NCBI GenBank assembly: GCA_002245135.1
Contig: NGBS01000617.1
Coordinates: 1 to 64,000 of the forward strand
Length of the DNA stretch: 64,000 bases
Reading direction: 5' to 3'
Origin: Proteromonas lacertae
Lineage: Eukaryota
Made by a program: the position numbers and the translations under genes. The notes beneath the pieces were generated by a model that had not been told where the DNA came from, did not search any database, and saw nothing but the letters and a program-made list of their open reading frames with translations. Below are positions 23,587-36,516 of the stretch, piece by piece; within the stretch, counting starts at the first letter, position 1, and each line of letters starts with the position of its first letter.

Positions 23587-26500
23587 TTATCTTCTCTTCT
23601 TATGTCTTGTTTTACTTCCTCTACTCTTCTTAATACCTTTATCTCTCAATTTACTCATTAATCTATCTCTCTTCATTCTCCTATCAACTACCTTATATTT
23701 ACTTCCTAATTTTTGACCTGTTATTCCACTCTTCTTTCCTACAATATATACTTTTCCTTTCTTCTTTATAGATTCTGCAGCTTTTGCAATCTTACGGAAT
23801 TCTTTAATCTTATTAACACCAGGCAAATCTTCATTACCTACAACACTGTCTAATTTAGCTTTTGCCTTATCTTTTAATCTCTTTAATCTATTTGCCTTTC
23901 TTGCTCTAGCTTCAGCAACTTTACCGATTGGAGCATTAGCTAAATCTTCATATTTTTTTTAATTTGATCATATACTTCCTTTGTAATTGGTATTTGTGGT
24001 CGATTGTATTTCTTCTCATCTTCAGCAAACCAAGAAGGTAAATTATCATCATTAAATGCATATCTATTATAACAAGCATCTACAAAATCAATTGCATCTG
24101 ATTTCTTTCTCATCATTCCACCAATACTTAAAGCTTGAATGTGTTCGTCTGTTCCAACTTCTGGATCATAATCCAACTTCTTTCTTTCATCATCTGAATC
24201 TTCTTTTTATTTTTATTTTGTAATTTATTCTTGTAATAATCATAACCTTCATCATCAGAATCTAATTCTTCTTCATTATTTCCTTCTTCTTCCATTGAAA
24301 TATCATCATCATCTGATTCATCAGAATATTCATTATGTTTCTTATAATTCGATTCTTCTAATGGTACAACTTCATAATCATTTGATTTACTTTGTTTAGA
24401 TAATGCAGCTCCCATTCCACTCTTTATTAAATCTCTTCTCTTCTTTTGATCTTCTGTTAAAGTATCATCAACGAGATCTTCTATTGGTATTTCTTCATAA
24501 TCTGGTTTTTTCTTTTTATTTTGCTATTTATTATAAATATATAATATATAATAATATACTTTTTCTATTTGTTTCAATCTCTTTTCATGTCTTTGTTGTT
24601 TATCTGATTTTGGTATTTTATCTAATTCAGCTAATATTTCTGGTTTTATTTCGAAATTGTTTTCTTGTAATAGTTTCTTATTATGAACTCGACAGAATTC
24701 ATCTGCATCATCATCTATTGATTGTAATATATCAAATTCTGATGGAAGTTTTCTTTTGACTGCTTCTATATTGTCTTTATTAAGAACATCTTTGAAAATT
24801 GGATTGGAAAAAAAGACATCTGCTTTTGGTGAGAGGTTTATCTTCAAAGTAAATAAGAAATTAAAGAAAATATATAATATAATAATAAAAAATGATATTT
24901 TCTTAACCAATGAATTTGTTGTATCAACTTCACTATCACTTTCTTCTTCACTTACGTCTTCATTCTTTGTTAACATTTCATAATATTCGTTTTCATTACC
25001 TTCTACTCTTTCTTTTACTATCTTATCAAGCAAAGCTTGTTCTTGAATCTTTCTTAAAGGTAAACCTTTCTTGTTAGTTTCTACACCATTTTCTTCTATT
25101 TTTTTCTCCCTTGCATCTCTTTTGGCTTTATATTTTCTATACATTTCTTCAGCAAGTTCTTCTAACTCTCTTTCTTCTGCATATTCATCATCATCATCAT
25201 CATCATCATCTGAATCTTCATTTTCACTTTCTTTATTATCACTTCCTAATTCATATTCTTTTTCCTCTTCAGGAAATGCTTCACCTTTCACTATATCATC
25301 CATCATATCATCATTCTTTAAATCTTTCAATTGAAATATTGTTTCATCATTATATGTATCCATATCAACAGCTGTTTTCTCCATTGAACGAATTAATTTC
25401 AATTTCTGTTGTTTAATTCGATGTTCTTCTCGTCTCTTATCTTTTTTCTTTTGTTTATCATCTTTCTCAGTGATTTCTTTAATATATTGTGTTAATTGCT
25501 CTGGATTATTTACATCTAATTCTTTCTTTTCTTTATCGCTTTTCTTCTTTTCATCACTCTTCTTTTGAATATCAGGATGTTCATATGATATCATCTTCTT
25601 TCTCCATTTTAATAATCCTTTTAAATCAGCTTTACTTAATACTTTCAAATCTTTACAATTCTCTACAATATCGTCTGTAGTTTCAGGGTATTGCTTATAT
25701 TTCTCACTATTTTCATCAAATACTAACTCATTTGTAGTGGATAATACTTGAGCTGGATCTTCTGCAATAATATATTCACTGATTGGTACACTTCTGAATA
25801 ATGTTTGACCTAAAGATTCATCATAACCGTTTCTATGCCTTTCTTTACCAGTAGTTTTGTTGTGTAATAAACTTGGGACTTTTTCTGCAGATATATCTAC
25901 TTGTTTAAAAACTTCATTAATTTCGAAAAATTTAGGATCAATTCCTTTTGCACCACAATATCCTCTACAGACGACGAATATTTCAGCAGATTGTTGACGT
26001 GATGCTTCTGGATGAATTGCATTTACATTCTTAAATAACTTACCGAATAGGTATAACAATGCAGTATAATCAGTTGATCTGAAAACTTTGGTTACAAATA
26101 TTCCACCTCTTCGTAATAACTCGGTAGCCAATTTTAATGAACTTAATACTAAGTTTGATTGTGTAAAAGCATCATGTGTCCAATTTTGACCTACATTGGG
26201 AGCACCATCGTGAAGAACTACATCAACCTATTTATTAATAAATATATAAATAAAATGTATATACTTCTTTACCATTTAGCTCTTTTCTAAGTGTATTAAT
26301 ACATTTCTTGGTTGTAATATCTTCTTGGAATGTTACAACACCTCTTATTGGTTTAATAGGTACTAAATCAACGCCGATAATTGTACTCTGTAAAGGCATT
26401 GCTTCAGCAGCAACTTGACACCTAGAATATTAGAGCAACAATTATACCAACCACCAGGTGCTGCACAAAGATCAACTAAAACATGACTATCACCTAAAAA

Positions 26501-26640
26501 GGGATATTCTTTATTAATCTGAATTAATTTAAAGGCTGATCGAGCTCGAAAACCCTACGAATGCCAATATATACAGATATAGATACTCTTTTTTTAGCTT
26601 CTTTTGACCATTTATCAGGGGCTCTGTGAGTTTTACCCAT
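23587..26640 (-). CDS. SPB1: AdoMet-dependent rRNA methyltransferase Spb1/FTSJ3 (multi-exon)
   Basis: [67 protein letters not shown] and [11 protein letters not shown]. Short introns and a few homopolymer indels. Confidence 0.93.
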
Positions 26641-26704
26641 TGAAAATTGACAAATGACAATAAAACGGATATATTTATTTTAATTATTTTCATTTTTCTG
26701 TTGT

Positions 26705-27401
26705 ATGAGTGACTCGTATAATTTATAGCTATTATAGTAATAGAAAATCATTGTTGGTGCCAGTAGCTAGTAATGGGATAAAAATAGATCCAGAATTGGT
26801 AAAAGCCAATCCAGAAGCTTATATACCTCGTCCACATGTAATTAGATGTATTAAATGTGGTCCAGTATGGACATATGTCAACAGATCCAGATTGTCCTCT
26901 TAGTTCAAGAAACCAATTAGGTATTTATTTAATTATTGATTTAATATTCCAATAGAAGCTGAAGCTCAAGAAAGATTAGATCCAATGTCTGGAAAAAAGC
27001 AATCTACTCAATTAGATCCAATGACAGGTATAAAATACAAGAAAGTCGCTTTACCAAGACAGTCGAAATATGATATCATCCCAGAACCTGAAGAAGAGAA
27101 AGACCCAATAGAAGAAGCAATCAAAGATTTCCCTGAAGAAGATAGAGAACTGTTATTGCAATTAGTTCAAGAAGATATGGAGAAAGACAAATCTCATAAG
27201 CATAAACATCACCACAAGCATAAGCATAAACATCGTAAACATAAATCTCGTAGTGATTCTCCTTCTTCATCTTCATCAACTGATTCTTCAGATTCTTCTT
27301 CATCTTCTCCATCTGAATCTTCTAGAAGTCGTTCAAGATCCTCTAGTAGACATAAACATCATCATAAGAAAGATAAAAAGCATAAACATCATCATCATTA
27401 G
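26705..27401 (+). CDS. RP9/CIR-like zinc-knuckle splicing-related protein with a Ser/His/Lys-rich tail
   Basis: With two short introns and one extra base at ~26861 it reads VIRCIKCGQYGHMSTDPDCPL...DPM. Confidence 0.65.
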
Positions 27402-27635
27402 AGTAATTAATATAATTTAATCTATTTATTTGAATATTTATTGTTATTAGATTTATATAATGAAAATTCCCCAAATAAACAATACTTTTTATAAAAACAA
27501 TAAAAGTTGAATAGAGATGATATTTGATTAAGGAAATTAAGAATGAATCATATAAACAATAATGAAATGGTCATATTGATAATTAATTTTAAATTTTTTG
27601 AGAGAAGGAACATAATGTCTAGCTATATTATATAG

Positions 27636-28391
27636 TTAATGATGAACAGTTGATCTTGAATACATTATCCTTAAATGTAACGAATTACAAACAGTTTGAC
27701 CTGCTAAACATAACATAGCCTTAGTAGCATGTGCTAAATGTGCATATCTTACAAATACATAATACTTATCATTGTGATTAGTAATTTTGAGATTTGTAAT
27801 TTCACCATATTTACCAAACTGCTGTAATAATTGACTCTGATCTGGATTACTCGTCCAACTTGTGCACCATAACTGTAAACTTGGTTCTGAAGGTGGATAT
27901 CTTTTTGTATAATTATTTAAATGATATGATTGGAAATATTGTGGTTTATCTTCACTACCTTCTATGTAATTATATTTGGAATAATTCACGTTTAATGTTT
28001 TCCCATCAATATCTAATAGGTTAAAGTGGATTTTGGCAAATTCTGCTTCTTCAGCATCAGACATTTCAACAAATGCATATCCTTCTTTGGAATGATGGAT
28101 TTTTATACATTTTACTAAACCAGCATTGTTGAATAGAGTATGTAACATTTGGATATTAACGAAATGAGGATCAAAACCATGAACAAGTAATACACTTGAA
28201 TGATTATTAATATTATTATTACGATAGAAGTTATTATTATTATATTTATTATAGTGATTAGATGTAGATGTACTAGTAGATAATGATGACGATGATTTAT
28301 CAATGATATGAGTATTATCATATATATTAAGTGCAGGTTGTTGAGATGATGATAATGATAATGATGGTGCTGGTTGTGATGATATAATTGA

Positions 28392-28422
<31 letters not shown>

Positions 28423-29332
28423 GTGGAAGTTGGTGATGGAGATGTTGAATGTGAATGTGAATGTGATGATGGATTTAATGGAGTTGATTGTGTATTTGTT
28501 GTTGATGTTGATGTTGTTGTTGGGGATGATGTATTATTATTATGAATGGATCTTTCACCACCTATTACACCTGGAGATCTTCTTGATCTGGATGGAATGG
28601 TAAAGTCACAGGATTTATCATTATTTTCACTCACATTTAAGTCTTGGAAATGACTGTATAAAGCGGATAAACGACTTGTATATTCACCAATTGTTACATA
28701 CTATTTTAATATATATATATATATACTGTGTTATTGATTGTTTTAATAAAGTTAGTTGCTTCAGAAGTATTTTCGAATTGGATTAAAGCACGAGTAGTAG
28801 TATTACGAGGAATTCACTACTTTCAAGATTTTACCATGAGTGTGGAATTGATTATAAATTGCTTGGGGAGTTAGAGTGATTTTGGATAAAAACATCACAA
28901 ACACTACGGCACTTTCAGGAGATGCATCTGGTTTGGGCATCTCGGCATAAGTGGAACGTGTGATTGTAACAGGTTGAGATCTATTATATAGGAAAGTTAT
29001 AACAAAATACTTTATTATTACAGGCTCACTTCGAAATTTTTCTAACACTAATTGACCTTCATCAGATCTCATCTGGATAAATGCCTAATATTATTATATA
29101 ACAATATATACAGAATTCGAGTAAGTTGAAAGGGATAAATCTTCAACTGTTCCAAATTGAGAGAAAAACGACTTTAACTCATCCTAATATATCAATAATA
29201 TTTACGAATACAACTGTTATGTCAGAATCAAGTCTCTGAGCAACTAAAATAATAGAGGAGAGTCGAGACATCGCCGGTATTCTCTACATTATATTATATT
29301 TGGAATAGATATACATCTGAAGCAGTTGTCAT
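27636..29332 (-). CDS. PTB/hnRNP-L-like multi-RRM RNA-binding protein (multi-exon)
   Basis: RRMs such as SSVLLVHGF...GYAFVEM...LNVNYSKY and PPSEPSLQL...YVFVRY. Several ~30-nt introns and an N/S/T low-complexity linker. Confidence 0.8.
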
Positions 29333-29395
29333 CAAAGATGAGATTTTTAAAATCTAAAATGAAAAAAATATTTGAATTATATTTTTTTAAATGTA

Positions 29396-30151
29396 TTAAT
29401 TATAGTTGTATAAATCATCATAGCTGCTAGTTTATTTTTTCTTCTCAGTTGTTGATACAAGTGTAAAAACAGTGTTTTTGCTTGGTTTAGAAAGAGTGTG
29501 ATATTTAGTTTATATGTACTTTTTACTATTCTAATGAAATAAAGATGATGAAATGAAAATATACTGAAAGATAGATAGAATAATATCTAGTATTTGAACT
29601 GTATTTTCGTCTAATAAAGTGTTGTTCCATATATTAGTATTTTGATTATAAGCATTTGATATAGAAGTGATTGAAGTATTGAAAATATTCCAACAGTTGT
29701 CATAATCCTCATTTTGTAATAGTCTCTCAACTAAAAATATCAGATCTTCTTTCCAAATGCTAAAGTGCTGTTTTGTATTTTCTAAATGATTAAATATATT
29801 AGATATACCAAAGTAATTGTCAAACTCAAGTAAGAATTGAAAGATTTGCTGAATGGAATGATTAAATTCATGCTTATTCTTACATGCTTTTGATGATTGA
29901 ATTTCTGTGATATAATAGAAATACTTTATACCATAAATAGCTAGAAGAGGGTTAATAGTTGATATTGTGTAATTTAAGATTAGCCTGTTTAGAATATAGC
30001 TTTTGATAGTCGTTTCTATTTCATCTGATTCATTTTCATGTTGATTAGTAAAGATTTGTTTATTTTTGTTTACTAACTAATAGAACAGATATATACTATC
30101 CATATATGCGAATGCCAATGCAATGTGAAGCTTAATATTGCTAATATTCAT
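29396..30151 (-). CDS. Hypothetical multi-exon protein
   Basis: ATG at 30151 followed by long open stretches with candidate GT-AG introns. No family recognised. Confidence 0.45.
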
Positions 30152-30650
30152 CGAATTTCGATGTTATCCCTTTTTTCTTCGCCGATTTATTTCAGTAATA
30201 AAATTGTTTGTTTAGTTAGTCTTAAAAATTGAAGAACACAATAAAAATTGATTTATTTATACCACAAAATTTAATATGTATTTTCATATAGCTTTAATTC
30301 AAGACATTTGTGCGAAGGAAAGTAATGGATATTATACTTCAACAATCATTGAGTTAGGCACATGTTTAAACATCTACATAATAATATATGCAAGTGAGCT
30401 ATATTAACATATAATATGCAATATAAACGACTAAAATCAATTTTATGCGTTACAACTGCATTTACAATAGTTATGCACTTCCAAGTGGTTATTATATTGA
30501 GTTTTTAATGAAATATAATTAATTGTATGAATGACAATATCCATCATAATTCTTGTGCTTATTGTTTTTTACAGTATTTTCTTATCACTTATATTATTGT
30601 TGATTGAAATTTACACTAGTTCTAAAAATATAGTCGTTTCGATATAAAAA

Positions 30651-31937
30651 ATGAGATTTGATATAGAAGAATATAAAATACGTGAAGATTATATAATTAA
30701 ATGTATTAGATGCAAGGAAAGTAAACAATTTACAGAGTTGTTTGATATAAGTGAAACAAATAAAGATAGTAAATTTGTGTGTGGCGATTGTATAGGACTT
30801 AGAGATAGGATTAATAATACCAATCGTTTATGTTACTATTGTAAAACTTGTAAATGTTACATAGATAATTGGGAATTTGTTGTTAAGAATAAGGATGGAT
30901 CATATGATGAAACAGAAGAGTGTTTAACTTGTAGGTTATATAAATCAAATTTGAACAAAATGTTACAAAAGGAAATGATTACTTGCCAAAAATGCAACAT
31001 AGACCATACTTATATAGAAATATATAGAGTTGATGATAAATATATGTGTAGGAAGTGTATCGAAAAAAATATTGATCAAACTGTTCCAGATATTCAAGCA
31101 CCTATTGGTTGTTACTCATATGGCAGAAATTGTCAGAAATGTAATATAAACTATCCAAAATGGTACTTTGTAGATTATGGAACATGTAATAAATGTGCTT
31201 ATAAAGAAAGAATCCACAAAGTAATAGAAAATAGAAAGAAAGAAAGTAAATGTAAAGTTGATGATATTGATTCAGGTAGTGATGATTTAAAAAGAAGTCG
31301 TTCATTACATAAAAAATGCAACGAAAATGTTAACAGTTTTACAACATTTAATGAATCTCCGCCAAATAGTCTTCTTACAGCGGGAGACCCTCATTTTTAT
31401 AAAAACAAACATGAAGTAAGTGAAAATAAAGAAGTGAAAATAAAAACAAATAAACATGAAGTAAGTGAAAAAAACAAACCATATATATATTATTATTTTG
31501 AATATAAATTAAAAAGCGTAAATGTGAAATGTGAAAAATGTTCAGAATATTTTGAAAAGATATGTGCTTTTGGTTCTGTTAGAGAAGAGAAAAATATAGA
31601 TTATGAAAGAGATGGATTTTATCATTGTCTTGATTGTGCTATAATAAAGAACGAAGTAAAGAAAATTAAAGATAAAGAGAAAAAAAAGAATGAAAACAAA
31701 GAGAAAAAGAAAGGTAGTGAAAAAGTAATAAATTTTAATAGAGTATTTGATGATGAAATAAGAGGAGTAAAAACATGTGGAAAATGTAAAAGAGTATATC
31801 CTAATTGGCATTATATATCAAACTCAAATAAGGATTGTTCATTTACAAAAGAGTGTCTGGAATGTAGGAATTTAGAAACTTTGACTAAAACAATTAAAAA
31901 AAAGAAAATATATTCTTTGTTTGAATTTTTAAAATAA
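30651..31937 (+). CDS. Intronless Cys-rich protein with many CxxC pairs (multi Zn-finger)
   Basis: 428-aa ORF with about a dozen CxxC motifs arranged in pairs, e.g. TCGKCKRVYPNWHY...TKECLECR. Confidence 0.75.
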   Translation: MRFDIEEYKIREDYIIKCIRCKESKQFTELFDISETNKDSKFVCGDCIGLRDRINNTNRLCYYCKTCKCYIDNWEFVVKNKDGSYDETEECLTCRLYKSNLNKMLQKEMITCQKCNIDHTYIEIYRVDDKYMCRKCIEKNIDQTVPDIQAPIGCYSYGRNCQKCNINYPKWYFVDYGTCNKCAYKERIHKVIENRKKESKCKVDDIDSGSDDLKRSRSLHKKCNENVNSFTTFNESPPNSLLTAGDPHFYKNKHEVSENKEVKIKTNKHEVSEKNKPYIYYYFEYKLKSVNVKCEKCSEYFEKICAFGSVREEKNIDYERDGFYHCLDCAIIKNEVKKIKDKEKKKNENKEKKKGSEKVINFNRVFDDEIRGVKTCGKCKRVYPNWHYISNSNKDCSFTKECLECRNLETLTKTIKKKKIYSLFEFLK

Positions 31938-32075
31938 TATAAATATAATAAATTCTTCATTTTTTTCTTAGAATAATATTATGTCAATAACATAATCATA
32001 AATTCTTAACTTTAAGTTAAAACAGAAAAAAATAATATTGTAACGAATCTATTTTCACAGAAAAACTAAAAAAGG

Positions 32076-35000
32076 ATGATTTCTTTTACTGAAGATATAT
32101 TTTGCTCAATATTACCCTTTGATATTCAAGTATTTTAGATGAATTATTTTTTTAGATAATAGAAAGAACAGAGAAGAGTAGAAATGAAGTTGATATGGTA
32201 ATTAAATACCAAGATGATATGAAGAAAGTAAAATCGTAGATGTGAATGGAACAAAAGAAAAAATGTTATTAAAATTCCTAGAAGGCTGCTGCATGTTGTT
32301 AGATTGTTGTAGATTTATAATTTGTTCTTCAAAAGTGTTTCAATTGAGTGATTATAAAGACTATATAGTATTGGAGAGAATATATTACATGAGAGATTTA
32401 GAAGAGATAATTCAACATAAATCCTTTTCAAATCATGAAATATGTGATATAATAAGTTCAATATGTGATGATGTAATGGTAATGAATGAAAATGAGATTG
32501 TAGTAGGTAATTTGAAGAGTAGTAATGTGATATATGAAGAGAATGGTATTTTAAAGTTATGTGATTTATGTTTGAATGAAATAAGAAAAGAAGAAGATAT
32601 GAGATTGTATGATATATGCTTTACAAGTCCAGAAGAGTTGAATGGATTAGAATATGATGAAGGAAGTGTGATTTGGTCAATTGGGTGTATATTATATGAA
32701 ATGATGTTTAATAAATTACCATTTTCAGAAGATAATAATATGTTTAAAACAAGAGAGAATATTGTGAGATGTAAATACAATATAGATGTAGAATGTGATG
32801 ATAGAATGAAAGAGATGATATATAGAATGTTGAAATTGAAGAATGAAGATAGAATGAGTTTGAAAGAGTTGAAGAAAGAAATGATAAAAATGAGTGAAAT
32901 ATTGATAGATGAAGGTGATAATATGATGATATGTGAAGAAAGAAAAGAAATATTATTAAATAATGATAATACAATTGTTAGACTTCCAATAGAATATCCA
33001 TCAAAATATTATATTGAAAGTGAAAAAAGAGAAGTGATTAGAGATAAATTGATAGAATCCTACAATATTCAACCAAATGAAAGAATATTGTCAATATTAT
33101 TGATGATGAAAATGTACAAAAGAGATTATTTAATTGAAGATAGATTGAAATTTCAAATACATCATAAATGTAGATATGGAGAATGTAATTTAGATGAGAT
33201 AATATTTAAGATAAAAAGTGATTATTCAGATAAAGAAATGATGGAAATAGAATCATATTTTATATGTTTTTGTGAAGAAGGAATGAATTATTTATTTAGA
33301 ATATTGAGAAAAATCAATCCAACTAAGCTGAAATTTTGTATTTTTCTATATATTGTTATTTGTATAGATTTTATTCAAATACCAATTATTCGTCAATCAT
33401 TATTTATATCATATTTGACTGGATTATCAAATCTACAAACATTAGATTTATCATGTTGTAATCTTACTTCCTATTTCATTGAATCATTTGTTAAATCAAT
33501 TCCATTAATGAAATTGAAATATATAGATCTTCGATGTATTTATAATCATATTGTTATTTTATGAAATAGCTAATCGAATTGGTGTGAAAGGATTTAAATT
33601 GTTACTTCCATATTTACATTTATTAATCAACAAAGACAATGAATTAAATCTTTGGAAAATGAAATTAAATGATGAATGTATGATGTTATTATCATCAGAA
33701 TTATATAAATATCCAAATCTTAAGAACATCAATATTAGAGAAAACCAAAACATTTATTCAAAGGGATTAAAAGCCTTATTCTCCAAATTTCCTGTCTCAA
33801 AAATAAAGTTTGATTTTAATAGAAGTAAAGAATTACTGATTGATAAAGACATTCCTGAATTAGTCAAATATATAATAAACCGATGCAATAAATTATATCT
33901 GATTAATTTAGAAATAGATGATGATATTTTCAAAACATTCATTTCATTAAGATCAAATGAATTGAAAGAAATAGAAGTGTTATATTTGCCTTGTAAAATT
34001 TAATATTTTTATTATTATATAGATAATAAACTAACATATAAAAGTATAGAAATATTGATAAACAATTTATCTTCATTTCCAAATCTTAAATATCTTGAAT
34101 TAAATGAAAATGAAATAGGAGATGAAGGAATGAAAATATTATCTCCACATTTGAGTCTATTAAAAGAATGGGATGATAGAATAGATTGTTCAAGTATAAA
34201 TACTATCATTTAATATTCAATAGAAATGGGATTATCTTCAATTGGATTGAAGTATTTATTAGATGGTTTAAAGAGTATTCATCAAAAGATCAGATTGGAT
34301 ATAAGTGATAATAATATAGATTTGGATGGAATAGAATATTTGATGAATTATATGAAAGAAAATGATAATATTAATAGATTGAATATTCATGGTATATTTA
34401 TGGTAGTTTTTAATTTGTTTAATAGATAATACAATTGGTAATGCTGGATTTAAGCTATTAAAAGAGAATATAAAACTGCTTATATATTATTGCTATTTAG
34501 ATTTAACCAATATCTCAATAGATGATGAAAGTGTGATATTATTAGCTGATAAGATAGATTCAATTTCTAATTGCAACACAATAAACTTAAGTGGAAATAA
34601 TATCAGAATGAATGGATTAAAATCAATTTGTTCCAAAACATTAGAAAAAGAAGAATATCCATTTATAGAAATGAATAATATATCATGGAGAAAAGAAGAA
34701 TGTGAATATTATTTGAATTATTGTATTAAAAAGAAAAGAAAAGACAATAAATACTATTATTTTTCCAGTATATTATGTGTGTTTATAATGAAATAGATTT
34801 AAATCTGAATGATTCTCATATTTCATTAATAAAACAGATTGATTATGAAGAACTTGATTTATCCAATAACAAGATTAGTTGTAATGGATTAAAAGAATTA
34901 ACAGATTCTTTTACAGAAAATGTTAAATATATCTCAATTCATAATAATGAAATTGGAGATGAAGGAATAGAGATAATATGTAAATATTTAGATAAATTTA

Positions 35001-35387
35001 TTTATTCTACATTATCATTAAACATCTCAAGTATTTAAAATTCTGTATTGTATTGTATTGTATATAGAAATTGGGATGAGTGAAAAAGGATTGATGATGT
35101 TAATAGAAAGATTAAAAGATAATAAACCATTGACAAATATAAATTTATCAGGAAATGAATTAGATGAAAAAGAATTGAGATTAATGAAAGAAAACAAAGA
35201 AGTATTTGAAGATTTAGAAAAATTATCAATAACATTAAAAGAAGATATAGATAAATCAGAATTAAAATCATTTTTAGAAACATTTACATCAATTGGTATA
35301 GTAGAGCTGGATGGGATAGAAGAAGAAAAGAAAAATGAGTTTTTAAATGAGTTTAGCAGTGTTGTATTTTTCTGTCAAAAAATATAG
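32076..35387 (+). CDS. Pseudokinase-LRR protein, copy 1
   Basis: Kinase fold with GNLKSSNV/LCDLCL/TSPE, then RI-like LRRs. Introns at 32130-32155, 33338-33367, 33536-33569, 33993-34022, 34194-34223, 34392-34425, 34768-34796 and 35031-35067. One 1-bp deletion near 32232; the 3' end is overlapped by the hAT relic. Confidence 0.85.
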
Positions 35388-36516
35388 GTTTACCTATAGG
35401 TCAAAACCTATATCTTTAGCTTGACCTTTACCTTTCTTATACTAACTATTAGTTGACCTCCTATTGAACATGAGTTAAGAAGCATATAATCTAACCATAG
35501 ATACAAAATTAATGTTTTATACATCATCTTTCAAATATCAAATTTGACCTTCGGTCGATGCACTTTTTATATTACTATTATTTTGATCTATTTCTCAATG
35601 ATGACTCACAATAACATATTATTAACATAATATTAAATTAATTATAGAATAAAAAAAATAAAAGAAAAAAACATCAAGCTTGATGGTTTGACTAAGTAAA
35701 TCTTTATTTTTTAAGATTTAGATCATTTAGATGTATAATTACTCAATATTTATAAGACTTTATAATATATGAAACTATAGGGATATCACATTACCCCCTA
35801 TCGCATCAAAAGAGTTGTGCATTTATTCAATTGCTGTATGTTAGAGAAGTTAAATTTTAACTACTTCAAAATGTTTTGGAAAACGTGATTAAAATAAAAT
35901 ATTCAGATTATTACATATGGTAAAAGCCAAAGTCAATTCAGATTCTGTCAACAAAGATCTATGTAAATTAATAACCATCAATGCAGTCAGCACCACAATA
36001 TTAGACTCACCAGAATTTAGAAGGTTTTGCTTAAAATTAGGATATATTATACCTCTAAGAGAGTTTTATAATGCTCATTTATTTTCAGAAACTGAGAAAG
36101 TAAGAGACTTATTGAAGACAAATCATTAATATCCAGAAATAGAGATTTATTATTATAATTACATTAATATTTGTTTTTTAGAGATAGTAATCAATATAAA
36201 TTAATCATCAAAATAACAAGTTGTTTATAAATATGTTAAATATCACTATTGAGTAGTTTGTAGATGAATTTTAATATATTAGTATAGATATTTATACAAT
36301 TTCAACCAATCTTATTCTAACTATGGTAATCAAAGTAAAACAGGAAGCAGGAATAATATTTTATACAGTATGATAATTTGTATTAAACAAATGTTACTCA
36401 GTAAGTAATTAAAATAGATTTTAACAAAATAATGCTCGAGGTTTGACCGACCAACGGTCAAAGCTAGATTATAGGTTTTACCTATAACCTATAGGTTACC
36501 TATTTATACAACCCTG
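35357..36516 (+). mobile_element. Degenerate hAT-family transposon
   Basis: Ends CAGTGTTGTAT...ATACAACCCTG, with subterminal ACCTATAGGT/AAAACCTATA inverted motifs. Internal ORF 35917..36129 TILDSPEFRRFCLKLGYIIPLRE resembles the hAT (Hermes-like) N-terminal domain. Absent at the equivalent site after copy 2. Confidence 0.7.

Noticed and set aside
8917..31937. Blastocystis-type stop codons created by polyadenylation (TGTTTGTT motif)
   Set aside because: The genes whose 3' ends I could resolve all have genomic stop codons.
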